Positions 1-13,490 of a stretch of DNA of 64,000 nucleotides are shown one piece after another (position 1 is the stretch's first letter; every line of letters begins with the position of its first letter). The notes under the pieces were generated by a model that was not told where the DNA came from, made no database searches, and saw only the letters and a program-made list of their open reading frames with translations. The stretch is taken from NCBI GenBank assembly GCA_965644265.1, contig OZ286475.1:76632001-76696000 (forward strand). The letters are read 5' to 3'. The translations under genes and the position numbers were made by a program. This DNA is from Glycera tridactyla (taxonomy: Eukaryota).

Positions 1-249
1 TTGGAATTATGTCACATGAATATATATAGGTAGATATAGTTGTAGTTGAAAAATGGGTATATCGATGGGAGTAGACAAAATAGTAATAGATAGGTATGTG
101 AATAATTTCGGTGCGAGTAAAAGTGGTGGATGGCACATACGTAGTCTGGTACTGGGAATTCAGATAAATAGACGTATATAGGGGGTAAGATGGTGTATAG
201 GCCTAACAGAGGTTGTATATGTATATAGGGATATAATAAAGTATGGACA

Positions 250-1284
250 TTATCGTCTGCCTAGGCTACCTTGAGGTGGGAATAGGATGCTTCTTCTCTC
301 CATAAACATTTCTTCTAATGATTTGCCGAAGATTGTGATATTATTAGGCAGTCCGAAGAACTTTATCTTTTGGTAGTCATCCATGTCCTCGAAATTGTCC
401 GGGAGGGTCATCTTGTCCAGAAGCTTTCGTCGTTGCGGCGCAAATTTTGAGCATTTTAGGACAAAGTGGACCTCATCTTCGATTTCACCGGAGTTGCATA
501 AGACACATATCCTTTCTTCTGGCCTTTTTCCTGCATATCTCCCTGTCTCTATCTCTGGTGGCATGATTCCGCAAAGTAGTTTAGCCATAATGGAGCGTTG
601 GTTTCTTGTAAGACTGGATCTAGCAAGCGTGAGAGGCCGGTCAAATTCTTTAAATTTGATGTATGTGCGTAACTTAGGCTTGTTCTTTGCTTCCTCAATC
701 CTATCAGCTCGTGCCTTTTCATATAGGCGGTTATTGATATCTTTAAGGCATATTTGTGAGTACGGGTCATACTCTAGGTCCAGTTCTTGGTGTATAGCCA
801 GAACATCAGACAGCCAGCCTATCGATCCCTGATCTTGGTCCCACTTGTGGACTTTCTTAGGGATTTTGTTGCTTTTCATTTGTGTCAACCTGTTGTGATA
901 CCTGAGAGTATCCAGCCATCTGTGGAAAGCCATGGGTATTGCATCCATCTCTGTGTGAGTGGCTGCTAAAGGGGCGAATCTATGCAATCCTAGATATAAT
1001 CTTATGATCCTGTTTTGTAATACCTGGGGGCCTGGGTAGTCCCTGAGTCCCCACAACGCCGCCCCATAGTTGGCCATCGGGAGAACATATGTTTCAAATA
1101 AAGTATTGTATGTGTCATACCCCATATCTTTGAGGGTCTTGAACATATTGATTATTCTCCCAAATGACCTTCCAGCGGCGGCGGTGAGGGCATCCAACGT
1201 TTTATTGTAGTTTAAAAACTCGTTGACCCAGCACCCCAGGTATTTGTAATTTTCAACAAATTCAAGTTCATTGTGCCCTAGCAT
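250..1284 (-). pseudogene. LINE ORF2 C-terminal region (thumb plus CCHC zinc knuckle)
   Basis: YKYLG, IETGRY and RICVLC...EDEVHFVLKC motifs typical of LINE ORF2 C-termini. Out of frame with the upstream RT piece. Confidence 0.9.
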
Positions 1285-1305
1285 GAAATTCTGTCCTATA
1301 CGAGG

Positions 1306-2220
1306 TCAATGTTTGTTTCTTACGTGCACCACCTGGCTTTTTTTCACATTGATTTTCATTCCCCAGGTGGTGCACCAAGAGTCTAGTATATTCAGCATAC
1401 ATTGCATATCAGCCGTAGACCCACCTATCAGCACAATATCGTCTGCATAGAGTAAGATACTAAGCTGTTCATCTCCAACCTGGACACCATAACCTGCTTC
1501 TATTACTTCCTCTGCCGGATCATTGATGTATAGTGCAAATAAGGTAGGGGAGAGAGAGTCCCCTTGTCTCACTCCTGACTGGACGGGAAACCAGCCTGAT
1601 AGCATGCCGTTCAGCCTTACACAACTAGATGGTGACATATATGTAGCCCTGATTGCATCATAAATTCTCCCCTCAATACCATATTTCAGTAACTTATGAA
1701 ACATGAGCTCGTGGTTTACATAGTCGAAGGCCTTCTGGAAATCTATAAAAGCACAAAAGGTTTCTTCATTCCTACTCTTCCTGATTCTTAGGATGTTGTC
1801 TAAGGGATATATATGATCCAGACAAGAGCGATCTGGACGAAAACCGTTTTGTTTATTGACTAAGATGTTATCTTTTTCCAGAAAGCCTCCGACTCTGCTC
1901 GCCACGAGCCCTGTGAACAGTTTACTTGCTACAGAGAGAAGACTAATCCCTCTGTAGTTGAGGGGTACTCTGGGGTAGCTGCTGGCACTTTTTGGAATTT
2001 GGTTCATGATCCCTTTCGACCACATGCTTGGGATTGTACCGGTACTTCGACATTGGTTGAACAGAGCAGTAAGAACTTCAATTACACTGTCATTCTTGAA
2101 CACCTCGTAGAACAAACCATCGATACCAGCTGCCTTATTGTTATTGGATTTGCTCACGAGTTTCTTTACTTCCTGAACGCCAACGTCTCTATCATAGTGG
2201 CGTTTGGGTGAGATTAGCAA
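1306..2220 (-). pseudogene. LINE reverse transcriptase domain
   Basis: KAAGIDG, NYRGISLL, QNGFR, FIDFQKAFD, GVRQGDSLSP and LLYADD motifs. Confidence 0.96.
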
Positions 2221-3150
2221 TTGATGCTCTTTTGCTCTTTCACCAAGAACTCAAAATACCGCTACTTGAAGAACTAAGACGTGACAGCACAACTTTAGAG
2301 GTTTATAAGGCTATCCAGAGTGATATTAGTAAAAGATCTCCCCTAGCACACATGTTTAAACAAGAAAGGGATACCCAAAGTGCATACATTACCAGAGCTA
2401 GAGTGACAGGCACCAAAAGTAATACACTGGTCAGACCTTTTAATAAGCTGCACTTCGCGGATAGAAATTTTCGTCACCGAGGTGTCACAACATGGAATAC
2501 CATCAGTACAGAACTGAGACTATCGAGAAGCACACAGGCGCTAAAGAATGGACTGAAGAAACGTAGAAAACAGCAATTTGATGCTCGTTGACGACCTTTG
2601 TACTGCCATAGCTGATATATCTCGGAATTATTACCATTCATCTACTGGAGGAACCTCCACCATCCCCATCCTATGGACATCCCAAACACACTACGAACAC
2701 CAAATTACAACTTGCCACCACTCTCCTACTACAAGCCAACATCAAACCATGATAGAAATACCTTGAACACACTGCCTCTACACGCTGAAATTAGGTATTA
2801 TATAACTTCCATCCTATCTATCTTATTACTCAGACTGCACTACCATGATAAACTGTACTACTTGTAGTCATAACTGTTAATTGTACTCTACCAACTCAGC
2901 TAATGTTTATATTGTATCATTCACTCGGCAATTGTATTGATTGAATCACTTGTAAATAACTGAATTTGCTTGATTCGCCCTGTGTTAATTGTATTACCCG
3001 TATAAATAATTGTACCTTTTTTTACTGTACATTACCAACCATGTCATTATATTTATGTTTGCATAAGCGTATTATACGACCCTTGAGGTCCCTATGTAAA
3101 TATGTTGAACTTATGCATTAAACGTTTTCTTATCTTATCTTATCTTATCT
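2208..3150 (+). mobile_element. 5'-truncated second LINE (CR1/L2-group-like 3' end) nested antisense in ORF2 of the first
   Basis: ORF 2208-2591 ends ...RNFRHRGVTTWNTISTELRLSRSTQALKNGLK, resembling CR1/L2 ORF2 C-termini. It is followed by an AT-rich 3' UTR and a (TATCT)n tail at ~3130-3150. No target-site duplication found. Confidence 0.72.
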
Positions 3151-3700
3151 AATGTTGTTCAAATTGCTCTGCTCGTCCGGGTCCAAAGTGGGTGGTGTCA
3201 GCAGTGACCCAAAGTCCCTCTCCCAAACCCTCAGTACATCATCAATGTTGGATAAAATCGTGCCATCTGGTCCATAGACCTCGTTGGGGATGGGTTTTTG
3301 TGGCTTACGACCCATTTTCTTAACATCTTCCCAGAATTGGGTCGGGTCATCAACACAGGCTTTGTCCAATGTAAGGACCTGCTTTCTGCGCCAATGTTTT
3401 TTGGCTTTTTTTGCTGCTTTGTCAAATGTGTTTTGAGCCAATTTCAGTTCAAAACGCGCATTTCTGGTAATCTTGCCCTTCTTTTTGTTTTCCTTCAAAT
3501 TTTTCTCAGCAGATCGCAGGTCCTTACATAGATCATTGAGATTGTCGTTCCACCACACCTGATGTACACACTTGCGATTTTTTCAACCTTGGGTATTGGT
3601 TACCTGTTTGTATACCTTGCTTAGCTCATTATGAAGGGTGATAGAGATCCGTTCGTAGGCCATGTTGAGTTCCTCTTGTTGGAGCTTCTGACTGTGAAGA
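3145..3700 (-). pseudogene. LINE ORF2 linker between APE and RT
   Basis: Frame reads QEELNMAYERISITLHNEL...TQG*KNRKCVHQVWWNDNL...FWEDVKK, with one in-frame stop. WWN and FW motifs are typical of this linker. Confidence 0.8.
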
Positions 3701-4079
3701 ATACGTCCGAGTCTCTTCCATGTTGGGTAATCTCAGGAGGCAGGTAGACACTGATGATGGCTATACTGTATTTGCTACACTTGTTCACCAACCTCAGCGA
3801 TAGAATACCTTCATGGGAACAGTCGACAGATGACACAGTGAAATCTTTCAGTAATTCCTTACTTTTTAGAACCGCCACACCTCCGGATCCTACTCTCGAG
3901 TTCTTATGTATCAGCTTTCTGTTGTTTATATAACTGGTAAAACCTTCCACATGGATGGTGTTGTCGTTCACAAGCCACGTCTCAGATAGGCATACAATGT
4001 CTGGGTTCAGGGCCAGGAGGATGGATGTTTTCGTTTCTTCATTGTATTTGCCCCAGCCGTTGACATTCCACGAGGCCAC
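3700..4079 (-). pseudogene. LINE apurinic-like endonuclease, N-terminal half only
   Basis: SWNVNG, CLSETWL, GGVAV and SVYLPP motifs present. The GDFN and SDH motifs are missing, implying an internal deletion near 3700. Confidence 0.88.
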
Positions 4080-4244
4080 TTTTAGTCGTTGACTACTTTC
4101 CCTATCCTAGTTCTTTTTGGGTTGATTGGTGCGTGGAGTGTTTCGCCTACCTTCTCCGTTGCTAGAGAAGTCGTCGTCTAAGCCCATATTAGAACCGCCC
4201 CCTAGCAGCCCTGGTTCACGTCGTTGGTTAGCGCCTCTGCCGCC

Positions 4245-5171
4245 TCATGCGTCGCCACTTCTTCCCCTGCCTCTGCCACCTCTCGTATTGTCCGTGAGTC
4301 TCTGGTTTCTGCTTCCGTCGCTTGAGGCGCTCGGCTGCGCTTGGTTTATTGTTGTGTCGCTATTATCGCCCTCCCGGGGCGTTGGCCTATCTCCCGGGCC
4401 GCTACTGCGGCCGCCTGACTGCCTCGCGATAGTACGGTCAATTTGCGCTCTCACGGCACGCTGTTCTCTCATCTCCTTCTTCGTTTCCATGCGATTGATT
4501 CTCACTAATGCATAATCTGCAGAGTCCTTCAACTTCATTTTTGAACGTAGCATTGTGATTTTATGCTCAACCGAGCTGAGTTCAACAACAAGCCTGGGAG
4601 TGGGATTGTTTTGGCGAGAGGGAAGTGGGGCAACATTTACTATATCAACATCTATATCTAGCGTGTTTGTGGTGATGTCCTGGATGAAAGTGATCGGGTC
4701 TGTTTCAACTGGTAGTTGTATATTAGACAGCACCACCGATCCCTCAACACGCTCGTCTTCTAACAGACTGGGACTGAGGATATCCATTGTTTTTGTGAGA
4801 GAAGACAGTTCAGTGCTCACATCAGCCATGTCTTTTTTCATTTCTACCACGCTCTGTGCATTCGATGATACATCGGCTTTTATTTCTGCTGTGACAGTAC
4901 TCACTTCTTTGCGAACCGTATCTGGGATTGAGTCAATCGCTGACCTGACCATGTCCTCGAGCGATTTCATCCGGCTATCGACACCGGCGATCGTCGACTT
5001 GAACTCGTCGATCGCCGATTTGACTTCGTTAACTGTCGTGGCAATGTCCGCTATGTTTCTCGCCATGTCGATTAAGCGTACGTCGTTCACCATTTCTTCA
5101 TCCGACTCATCCTCTTTCATATCACCTTCCTTCTGATCTTTCACTGCACCATGGCGTCGAGACATCTCCAA
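4245..5171 (-). CDS. LINE ORF1 protein (coiled coil plus RRM-like C-terminus)
   Basis: 308-aa open frame directly upstream of the APE. Heptad-like helical N-terminus and RLVVELSSVEHK...LK motif as in CR1/L2-type ORF1. Confidence 0.8.
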   Translation of the reverse strand: MEMSRRHGAVKDQKEGDMKEDESDEEMVNDVRLIDMARNIADIATTVNEVKSAIDEFKSTIAGVDSRMKSLEDMVRSAIDSIPDTVRKEVSTVTAEIKADVSSNAQSVVEMKKDMADVSTELSSLTKTMDILSPSLLEDERVEGSVVLSNIQLPVETDPITFIQDITTNTLDIDVDIVNVAPLPSRQNNPTPRLVVELSSVEHKITMLRSKMKLKDSADYALVRINRMETKKEMREQRAVRAQIDRTIARQSGGRSSGPGDRPTPREGDNSDTTINQAQPSASSDGSRNQRLTDNTRGGRGRGRSGDA

Positions 5172-5276
5172 TGTATCCAGACGTTCCTTTATCGTTGGTT
5201 ATATACAGTTCTGTAGCGTTATTTTCGGGTTTAAAAACTGTGTTAATGCGGACCGTGGTCACCCCCCGATGACCCA

Positions 5277-5390
5277 TATATACATCCATATATATATATA
5301 TATATTTATATATATAATATATCTATATACATATACACACACATTTACATATATACATTCACATGTATATATACATAAACATATATGTAT
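5277..5390. repeat. (TA)n/(CA)n microsatellite
   Basis: Imperfect dinucleotide tract just beyond the LINE 5' end. Confidence 0.9.
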
Positions 5391-7529
5391 GTCCACACTC
5401 ATGGGATTTCATCTAGATTGCTATTCTCCTCAAGCGTGATGGATTAGATATCAGGTGAGAGCAAAATGCATACTAGAATGGAATGGGCTATGCTCAAATT
5501 ACTGCCAACAGGTATGATGCGGTTTGTTGTGAACAGGTAGATGTGTATGAGCTGCATGAATGATTGTACTGCTGATATCGAAACAAAATGTCACCTGAAT
5601 CAATGTTATCTTTGAGATCAACTTTTTAGGAGAAATAGACAATCATGTAGATATTGACCACTGTCAAACAAACATTCCCTCTTCATATTCCTATCATGCA
5701 ATTTCTTCTCTACCTGTTTGTGGTGTTGCTGAGTGGCTTGTTGCATGTCTTAGAGAGATGATGGTCGGAAGCGATAGTGTGACGGCCGGACGAACATAAT
5801 GGACGAACGAACCAATGAATGTATGAACGGACAAACATACAGACAGAGGGGTAGACAGATTGACAGACATATGGAGGGCATTCCGATAGTCATTCGCCAT
5901 ATCCATGGCGTGGGAAAACAATCATATGATAAGTTTCAGAATTGAACATTGCAAGGATACATCTACGGGTGGGATGCTTTTTGAATCAAACTTCACCCAT
6001 TCTACACATTCAACTGGATGACTGGAGATGTGTGAATGTGTTCATGTTTTATGCAGATCGGTTTCTCGGTGCTGAATCATGGCATGGTTATCCTCCTATC
6101 TCTTTCAAGCTTACACCTCTCAACAGAGCTTGCACTTTGAGCACTTGTTGTGATCATGTTTTCATATCATCCTGAATGTTTACAGATAGACCATTTCCAT
6201 TATCGTTCTTCTGTTCCATTTTTTTTCTTCCACATATTCTTCAGAGGGTAATTTATGAACTTAAGCTAACGTCATCTCAATATTATTGGACAGAAAATGA
6301 GTATCTTTCATGCGATACTATTCGCTCCTTCAAACATGTATGCTTATTTTTTGTGAATACCAATAGTGAAGCATGTGAATATAAATCTGAATAGATGTTG
6401 TTTTTGGTGGTATTGGTGGTTGGACTTGGAGGTGAGGCTCGATTAATTGCTTGGCCAGAGTTTGAGGTTTTTTGTTTTGGTTTTTTGTGCTTGTACAAAC
6501 ATATCTCTCACATGAGCGTCTCATAACAGATGAGAAAAAAACAAAATGGACTCAATTATTGTGATAATACCCTGAACCGCATTCTAGAGGTGAAAGTTAG
6601 GAACTATAAGATAGGTGCCTAATAGACAATATCTGCCGGTTTTGTTACATCACATATACATTTTTATTATTATTATATATATTTTATCTGACGTCGCATT
6701 AGAGTTTGCTTATTTTCAAGCGTCCCATCACTGCTCTATATTCAATGATGGTAACTTCTGTCTGACAACTAATCCTTTTCTGGTAATTAGAAACATGCAT
6801 ATTTCTACTCTTTAGAGTCACATCAGGCTTCAAATGGGTGACGTTTATTTGTTTGTTTTTGTTCGAGGTTTAACGGTATGTATCAACATTGGGGTTATGT
6901 GTGCCGCTTGTTCCTAGTCAATAAAAGCTGGATGTTCTCTCCTCTGCAGACATAAATCTCACAAACCCTGAACACAAGATGTTGCAGGCAAGATGATACA
7001 GGTAATCTATGGGCTGCCATCTAGATCATTTCTCTTCTTCTTGTCTAACAAAAAACATATGTCCTCCCTGGCCGTGCATTCAATTGCTCGAAAATGATGA
7101 TGATCAATGAGGACCCATAGATCAGGCTAGATATCACATTTCCACTTATAGCTGTAAGATCAATCCCGATACAGCCACCAAAGAAAATAGAAAAAAATGA
7201 AATGGTATTGCAGCAAAAATACTAATCAATTTCTATGATTTTCTTTGTCTTTTTGCAACATCCGTGCATGATTGAGGCAAGCGAGACTGCTGTCCTTCTC
7301 TCTGTGTCATCCCACTTTACCCTGCAGTGCCCCACGATGTCCATGAGGAAGTATTGAGCGACTGAATGATCGCCACATTGTTCCACTCAACGTCCGTGTA
7401 TCCCTACCTCCAAATGCATAGCTGGTTGCTTTCAATAAAGCGCTGTTTGATTCCACATTTTACAATGTTTGGTGATTTTTTGATGAATTTTTGTTCAACA
7501 AGAAAGGGGCATTGATATAATTCATTGTC

Positions 7530-10500
7530 GCTATGAATACAGCCTTCGTTCACAGGTGAGGCGATTGGATATAATCATGTCTGCAGAGTTTTTGACATTG
7601 ATTACATCGCAGACGAACGACCCCATAATTTCATGTCACAATCGCTGGTCACATGTCTGTGGCGGCACGCTTCTCCGATGGTGACATCGCTTGGTTTTAT
7701 GAGTACAGACTGCATTCATTCAAATGACATCTGCCTCTTGCATCAGTTGTGTGGGTTGGAAATAGAGCAAATATTTATGGCCCACATATTTCACGCTGAT
7801 GAAAGCTCCTATTCATCCTTCGCAGAGGTAATCTGTAGAGGATCGCACTCATCCTGAATAAGTCCTGAGCTGAATGAACGAACAATATAGCAAGAATATA
7901 TGGCCGTGAAGTAAGACGCAATACCAAACAACGTGTCAATTTTGCCGAATGACACGAGGCCAAAGGTTTGGTATTTCATGTTCACCTCACAGCCATATAT
8001 ATTCCTGCTTTTATGACATGGATTTGGGAAAGAATTCATCGAACAGCAGTTCTCAACCAGCTGTGAAGTATCACATGTGATACTCAACACCTGTCACTTC
8101 ACTGAAAATGTCACATCCCTGTGATAGACAGCCAAACAGCCTACCAAACAAAATAGTCTTGCATGAACAATACACATGCCAAACACATTTGAATGCTGGA
8201 AATAGGCTGACATTTGCATAGTTCGAGTAATATACTGAGGCAATGTAGTAGAATTGTTTATACATAACACAGCCCATAGCCATGATTGTGAGATATGGTG
8301 AGACTTTGCTCGAGAATCATTCTTCAGGCTTGGAACTGTGAATGATATACAATATAAAGGAGGCAGGCAGCCCTCATTCCCTCCAACTAAACACACTCAC
8401 ACACGCACACCCACACACACGAGCATATACAAACACACACAAGCATACACATACACATGTACAAACACATATGAAGTGTTGTTCGTGTACAGATCATCCA
8501 ATGCATCCTTCCTCATGGCATGATGTAGTTCTGAGCAAAATACTAAGTGGTAGAAATCACCTCCGATACGAATACAGAAAAAAGAGCGAAATACTGAGTG
8601 ATGGAAATGGCCTCCGATACAGATATCAGCCTCAATTTGAAAATTCTAACCACTTCTTCAACTTTCGGTCTATGAAATAATTCATACAGCTTCTATTCAA
8701 TTTCATCTTCAAAAGCCAGCTGCCTACAAAAGCAGGATATATCATGAACAACCTTCACAATTCTTCATGCGACCCCTTGGTGGTATTTCTGAACATATTT
8801 GACCATGTGTGAGCTTTAAATGCGAACCATCTGTTGTATGTCCCTTTTGTCGTTCATCTGATGTGGCAGTAATTTGGTGAATGGGCCGGAAATTCATGTG
8901 CTGTATTTTCTGAATGTCTGTCAGTGATATTGATGTATTTGTGATGTGGACTACGTGATATTTGGAACGTATAGCTAACAGCTTGGTAGCATGTGACGGA
9001 TGCATATGAGTACAGTCGAACCTGTTGGAAGAGGCAGCCTCAAGTTGCATCAGAAAGCAGCTCCATAGCTCATCCAATGTGGAAAAGGCTACCATAGCCA
9101 CAGCTCAGGGTGGCCCTTGGTGTGGAAATGAAGCAGGAGTGTCATGCACTATGGAGTGATTTTCACGCTTTATTCATGCCGATTTCTTTAAAGAGGTCAT
9201 CAGTGATGACTGTGGAGTGACATCAAACGGAGAAGTCCTTAAAATAGCAGGTCATAGAAATGCATACTCATGGGATATCTGAGGCCACCAGAAGAAATTA
9301 TTGAATTGACAACTCACATTTGAATATGAATGGTATTGGCCGAAGGCTCCTCTCAAAGTCAATGTGAAGAATTTTTTTTTTATTTAATTCCATTTTTTGA
9401 TCAAATTTTCAGCTGAGATACTCCATTGATTCTCAACATATTTCTGCAATTATTCTACCAATCGTATTCATTGATGTATTTTTTTATTGAAGCCAGAATG
9501 CAACTGCAACCGCATTACCATACTAGGAATTAAGATGGAATTCAAATGGTCAATGCGATTCTATGATGGGAGGCATGCTAGTCACATACATTATGCATCA
9601 GATGTGATTTGAACTTTCATTATACACAGGCGGTGATTTGTCATCCACCACAACCCTCTTATGCCCGCATGTGATCATTTGTTTGTTTGTTTGTTTGGGT
9701 GTGACGTCCTTTCAACCACCATTGGTTAGATCGGTCTAAAAAACTGAGAATGTTGAGAAAAGAGGCACCGCTACCTGGGACTGTCTCTACTCTTTGTGAA
9801 GGACAGCGACATGCACTCACCTTCAATCGGAAACCGAGTAGGAGGAATCGTTCATTGAATGGATGTCCTAATACGGCCCAGTCTGTGCTCATTTGATGTA
9901 GCAGGAAGTAACGACCAAGCCATATGAAAACTGGTGAAATGCATTCATGAAAGTTAAGAAATGATCCACTTGGGCAACATGAATGCTATAACAAGCTCCT
10001 CAATTTCATTGGGATGGTCTACGTCAAATATCAGTGGTGCACACTCTCTGTGAAAGGCGTGATATTGATCGGGGAACATTTTCAATTCATCTGCCAACAG
10101 CTGTGGTTGCGTGTAATTGTATGATAGAATCCAAATTGTCAAAGATAAAATCATGAATGTATATGCTGTGTACCCTGAATTATGATCCCCCCTTCCCGTG
10201 CCACAATAATGCTATACCAAGCCCATCAATCAGATTGGGATGGTTTACGTCAAATATGAGTGGAGCACAATCTCTCCTTGTGAAAGGGACAATATTGATT
10301 GGGAGCCGGTTTCAATTCATCCGCCAACAGCTGTGGCTGCATGTTATCGTATGATAGAATCAGAATTAGCGGAGGTAGAATGATGTATGTACATGATGTG
10401 TACCTTGCTTTGACACGTGTTCGAACTCATGTGATGTGGCTTTGTGTATGAAAGAGGAGTGTCCATTATATGGGAGGTGTATATAATCCATGGGGGCATC

Positions 10501-10752
10501 CATTGTGGTATGTAATGATGAGCAGAAGCTGACTGCAAGCTGATGCTGGAGGTAGGATGTATTGTAACCAGGCACGATCCCCCGGATGTTCAGCCTCATG
10601 TGTACAAGGATCATCAGATGCTCCCGCTAACAGCTGTAGTCATTCCATGAGAGGATTCCAGGGCACGATCCCCTGGACGTTCAGCCTCATGTGTACAAGG
10701 ATCATCAGATGCTCCCGCTAACAGCTGTAGTCATTCCATGAGAGGATTCCAG
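7530..10752 (+). repeat. Segmental duplication copy A (paralog of ~23830-27519)
   Basis: Long alignable blocks, e.g. 7531~24131, 8340~24596, 8742~25086, 9500~26015, 10344~26930. Many substitutions and indels, and some reordering in the first 800 bp. Confidence 0.9.
10571..10752 (+). repeat. 91-bp tandem repeat, 2 copies
   Basis: GGCACGATCCCC...GAGGATTCCAG units start at 10571 and 10662. Confidence 0.93.
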
Positions 10753-11759
10753 CATGGGTTCAGTGATGAGTATGAATGGTTCATTGGTAATATACTATTC
10801 ATCGAGACATCTATTTTTGAAGATTTACTTGGAAATACTCATACGCAACATCATCAAATCTGTTCTTGGTGTAAATGCAACTTTCTCTGCAGTGTCATGA
10901 TTATCATATCGATCCGAAATCATCTCTGTGGTATCTGCTTCTGGTTTGATGTGTTGAAAAATTTCTATCCATCATGATGATAGTGTAGATCAGCAATTGA
11001 GACAATTCAGTCCTCTGATCATCTTGTATTTCGGACCAATCACTGAATACCATAATTTCTTCAAATAATGTCATTACTTGCTCAAAATTTGAAGATGTCA
11101 GTGACCTGAATGAAGTTTGTGTCTGAATCCATCACGCTGAGGACAAATCACCGTTCAGTTTATATATATTCATTTCCATGATGTGCCATGCTAGTACTTG
11201 CTGGGCAAATGCATCATGACAATGACATTGAGGTCAAACTTTGGGTGAAAATGATTGGCAATTACTAATCATTGCAGTGAATCCTCTCATCTGACACAGC
11301 TCATTGTGTTACCAAGGGCGGCACTTTTGACAAATGTTTTTTGCGATCATATTATACACATTCACAACCATACACACACAAAGACAAAATGCACACACAC
11401 ACATACCTATGGAGGCCCAACTTTATGCACACAGCCTCTCACGCAGATAGCTTATCGCTGTTGGGACACGGGTGGTACATAATATCGAGTAATACAGCTT
11501 CTATGAATGGTTACTACTTTATGAGTTTCATCAAACAAGAAATGGAGAATATCATCGTCAAATCATGGGCACGTTTTGGGCACATTTGCTCTCATTCCAG
11601 GGAATATATTCAGTGCAAAAGTTGTTGGACTGCATGCCATTCGTTGTGTCAGGAGCCGCGAATCATCTCCCGAGCCAGAAGTTTTGTCATCCTTACATCA
11701 GATACACAGTAATGAGGTGAGTCAGGAGCTTCTATTACTGCATACATAGAAAAACACAT

Positions 11760-12072
11760 ATCTCTGTCTGTCTGTCCGTCTGTCTGTCATCATCCCTTTC
11801 TTTATATATTCAATCATCCATCCTTCCATCCACCCACTACTCACACACTCCTCCATTCACCCATTCACCCACTCTCCCACTGTCTGTCTGTCTGTTTGTC
11901 TGTTTGTCTGTCTGTCTGTCAGTCATTATCCCTTTGTTCATACATTCAATTATCCATCATTCCATCCATCCATCAGTCCACCAAACCATCCATCCATCCA
12001 GCAGCCAACAGCCAGCCAGACAGACAGACAGACAAACAGACAGCTATTCATTCATCCAGCCATTCAATCATT
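11760..12072. repeat. (GTCT)n/(ATCC)n compound microsatellite
   Basis: Visible tetranucleotide tracts running into the assembly gap. Confidence 0.85.
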
Positions 12073-12226
12073 NNNNNNNNNNNNNNNNNNNNNNNNNNNN
12101 NNNNNNNNNNNNNNNNNNNNNNNNNNNNNNNNNNNNNNNNNNNNNNNNNNNNNNNNNNNNNNNNNNNNNNNNNNNNNNNNNNNNNNNNNNNNNNNNNNNN
12201 NNNNNNNNNNNNNNNNNNNNNNNNNT
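12073..12226. other. Assembly gap (N run)
   Basis: 154 N. Confidence 0.99.
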
Positions 12227-13330
12227 TCAAGCCATCCAGCCATCCATCTGTAATACCATTATTATGCTAAATGGAATGAGCCTAAATAAGAGTGAACTCC
12301 GCTCGGTCATTATAAGGTTAATTCACATGTGATGAGTGTCCCCGCATCTAGAATGGCCCAGTACTGAGTATTGAGCAGGCGTGAAAATACAACACTTTCT
12401 GGTAAAAATCAAGACTTGTCTCGGAGAGGACATTTTTCGGTATATATGTAACAGAGAGCAAGAATTTGATGACTGACAAGAATCCGCACTGTGAAGCTGG
12501 AGGTATCCATAGAATTGAAAAGGCTCGACAATTGGCATCAAGGACAGACGCTTTTCAATATGTGGATTTGTGTGTTTGTTTTTGTGTATCTGAGTGTGTG
12601 TTTGTGTGTATGTTTGTTTGTGTATAAACCTGCAGGAGACCAACTAGCAGGTTGGTCCATATTGACAATGTTGTCAGCTGATATAGTGGACCATACTCAG
12701 TAGGCAGTTAGTTGAACACGTAGTTGTTGGATGAATGTACTGCAGATACTGGATAAAGCTGCGGGAGGCCAACATGCTCAGTCCATGTTGACAATTTTGT
12801 CAGCATTGTATGGTGGGCCATTTTCTGTAGCCAGGTAGGTGAGCACGTATGTGCTGAATGAATAAACTAACTTAAGATACTGTATAAACCTACAGGAGAC
12901 CAACAAGTATATTGACAGGTGAGTCCATATGAGTGCAAGCTTGGGTGGTGAGCCATTCATTGTAGATAAGTGGACGTGTATGTGTTGAATGGATGGATGT
13001 ACTGCTGATATTGAAACACAATCTCAACTAAATCATCCTGAAGATTCGGGATCAACTATTCAAGAAGAATCGTGTAACCATGTAGATATTGACCCCTGTC
13101 AATCAATCGTTCCTCCCCAATTTCTATATCATACATTCATTTCCCCCCCCCCCTCCAAATATTTCACTCTTGTTATTGTTTTTGTTGGTGGTGTTGGTGG
13201 TGTTGGTGGTGTTGGTGGTGTTGGTAGCATGGGTCACAATCCCTTCAGTGGATGCATTTGACTTCTCTCCGGGAAAAGCTGACAGACATTCATGTTTTTC
13301 CACAAGGCCCCGATAAGGTTTACTAGGCAC

Positions 13331-13490
13331 NNNNNNNNNNNNNNNNNNNNNNNNNNNNNNNNNNNNNNNNNNNNNNNNNNNNNNNNNNNNNNNNNNNNNN
13401 NNNNNNNNNNNNNNNNNNNNNNNNNNNNNNNNNNNNNNNNNNNNNNNNNNNNNNNNNNNNNNNNNNNNNNNNNNNNNNNNNNNNNNNNNN
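13331..13490. other. Assembly gap (N run)
   Basis: 160 N. Confidence 0.99.

Larger units (their letters stand above)
250..5171 (-). mobile_element. Decayed non-LTR retrotransposon (LINE): ORF1 plus fragmented APE-RT-CCHC ORF2
   Basis: Collinear minus-strand pieces in the expected order: ORF1 (4245-5171), APE N-half, WWN linker, RT, C-terminal CCHC domain. Interrupted by a deletion, a stop, a frameshift and a nested insertion. Clade not assigned. Confidence 0.93.

Noticed and set aside
6949-7000. 52-nt exon-like segment with good acceptor and donor
   Set aside because: Stops in all three frames; at most a non-coding exon.
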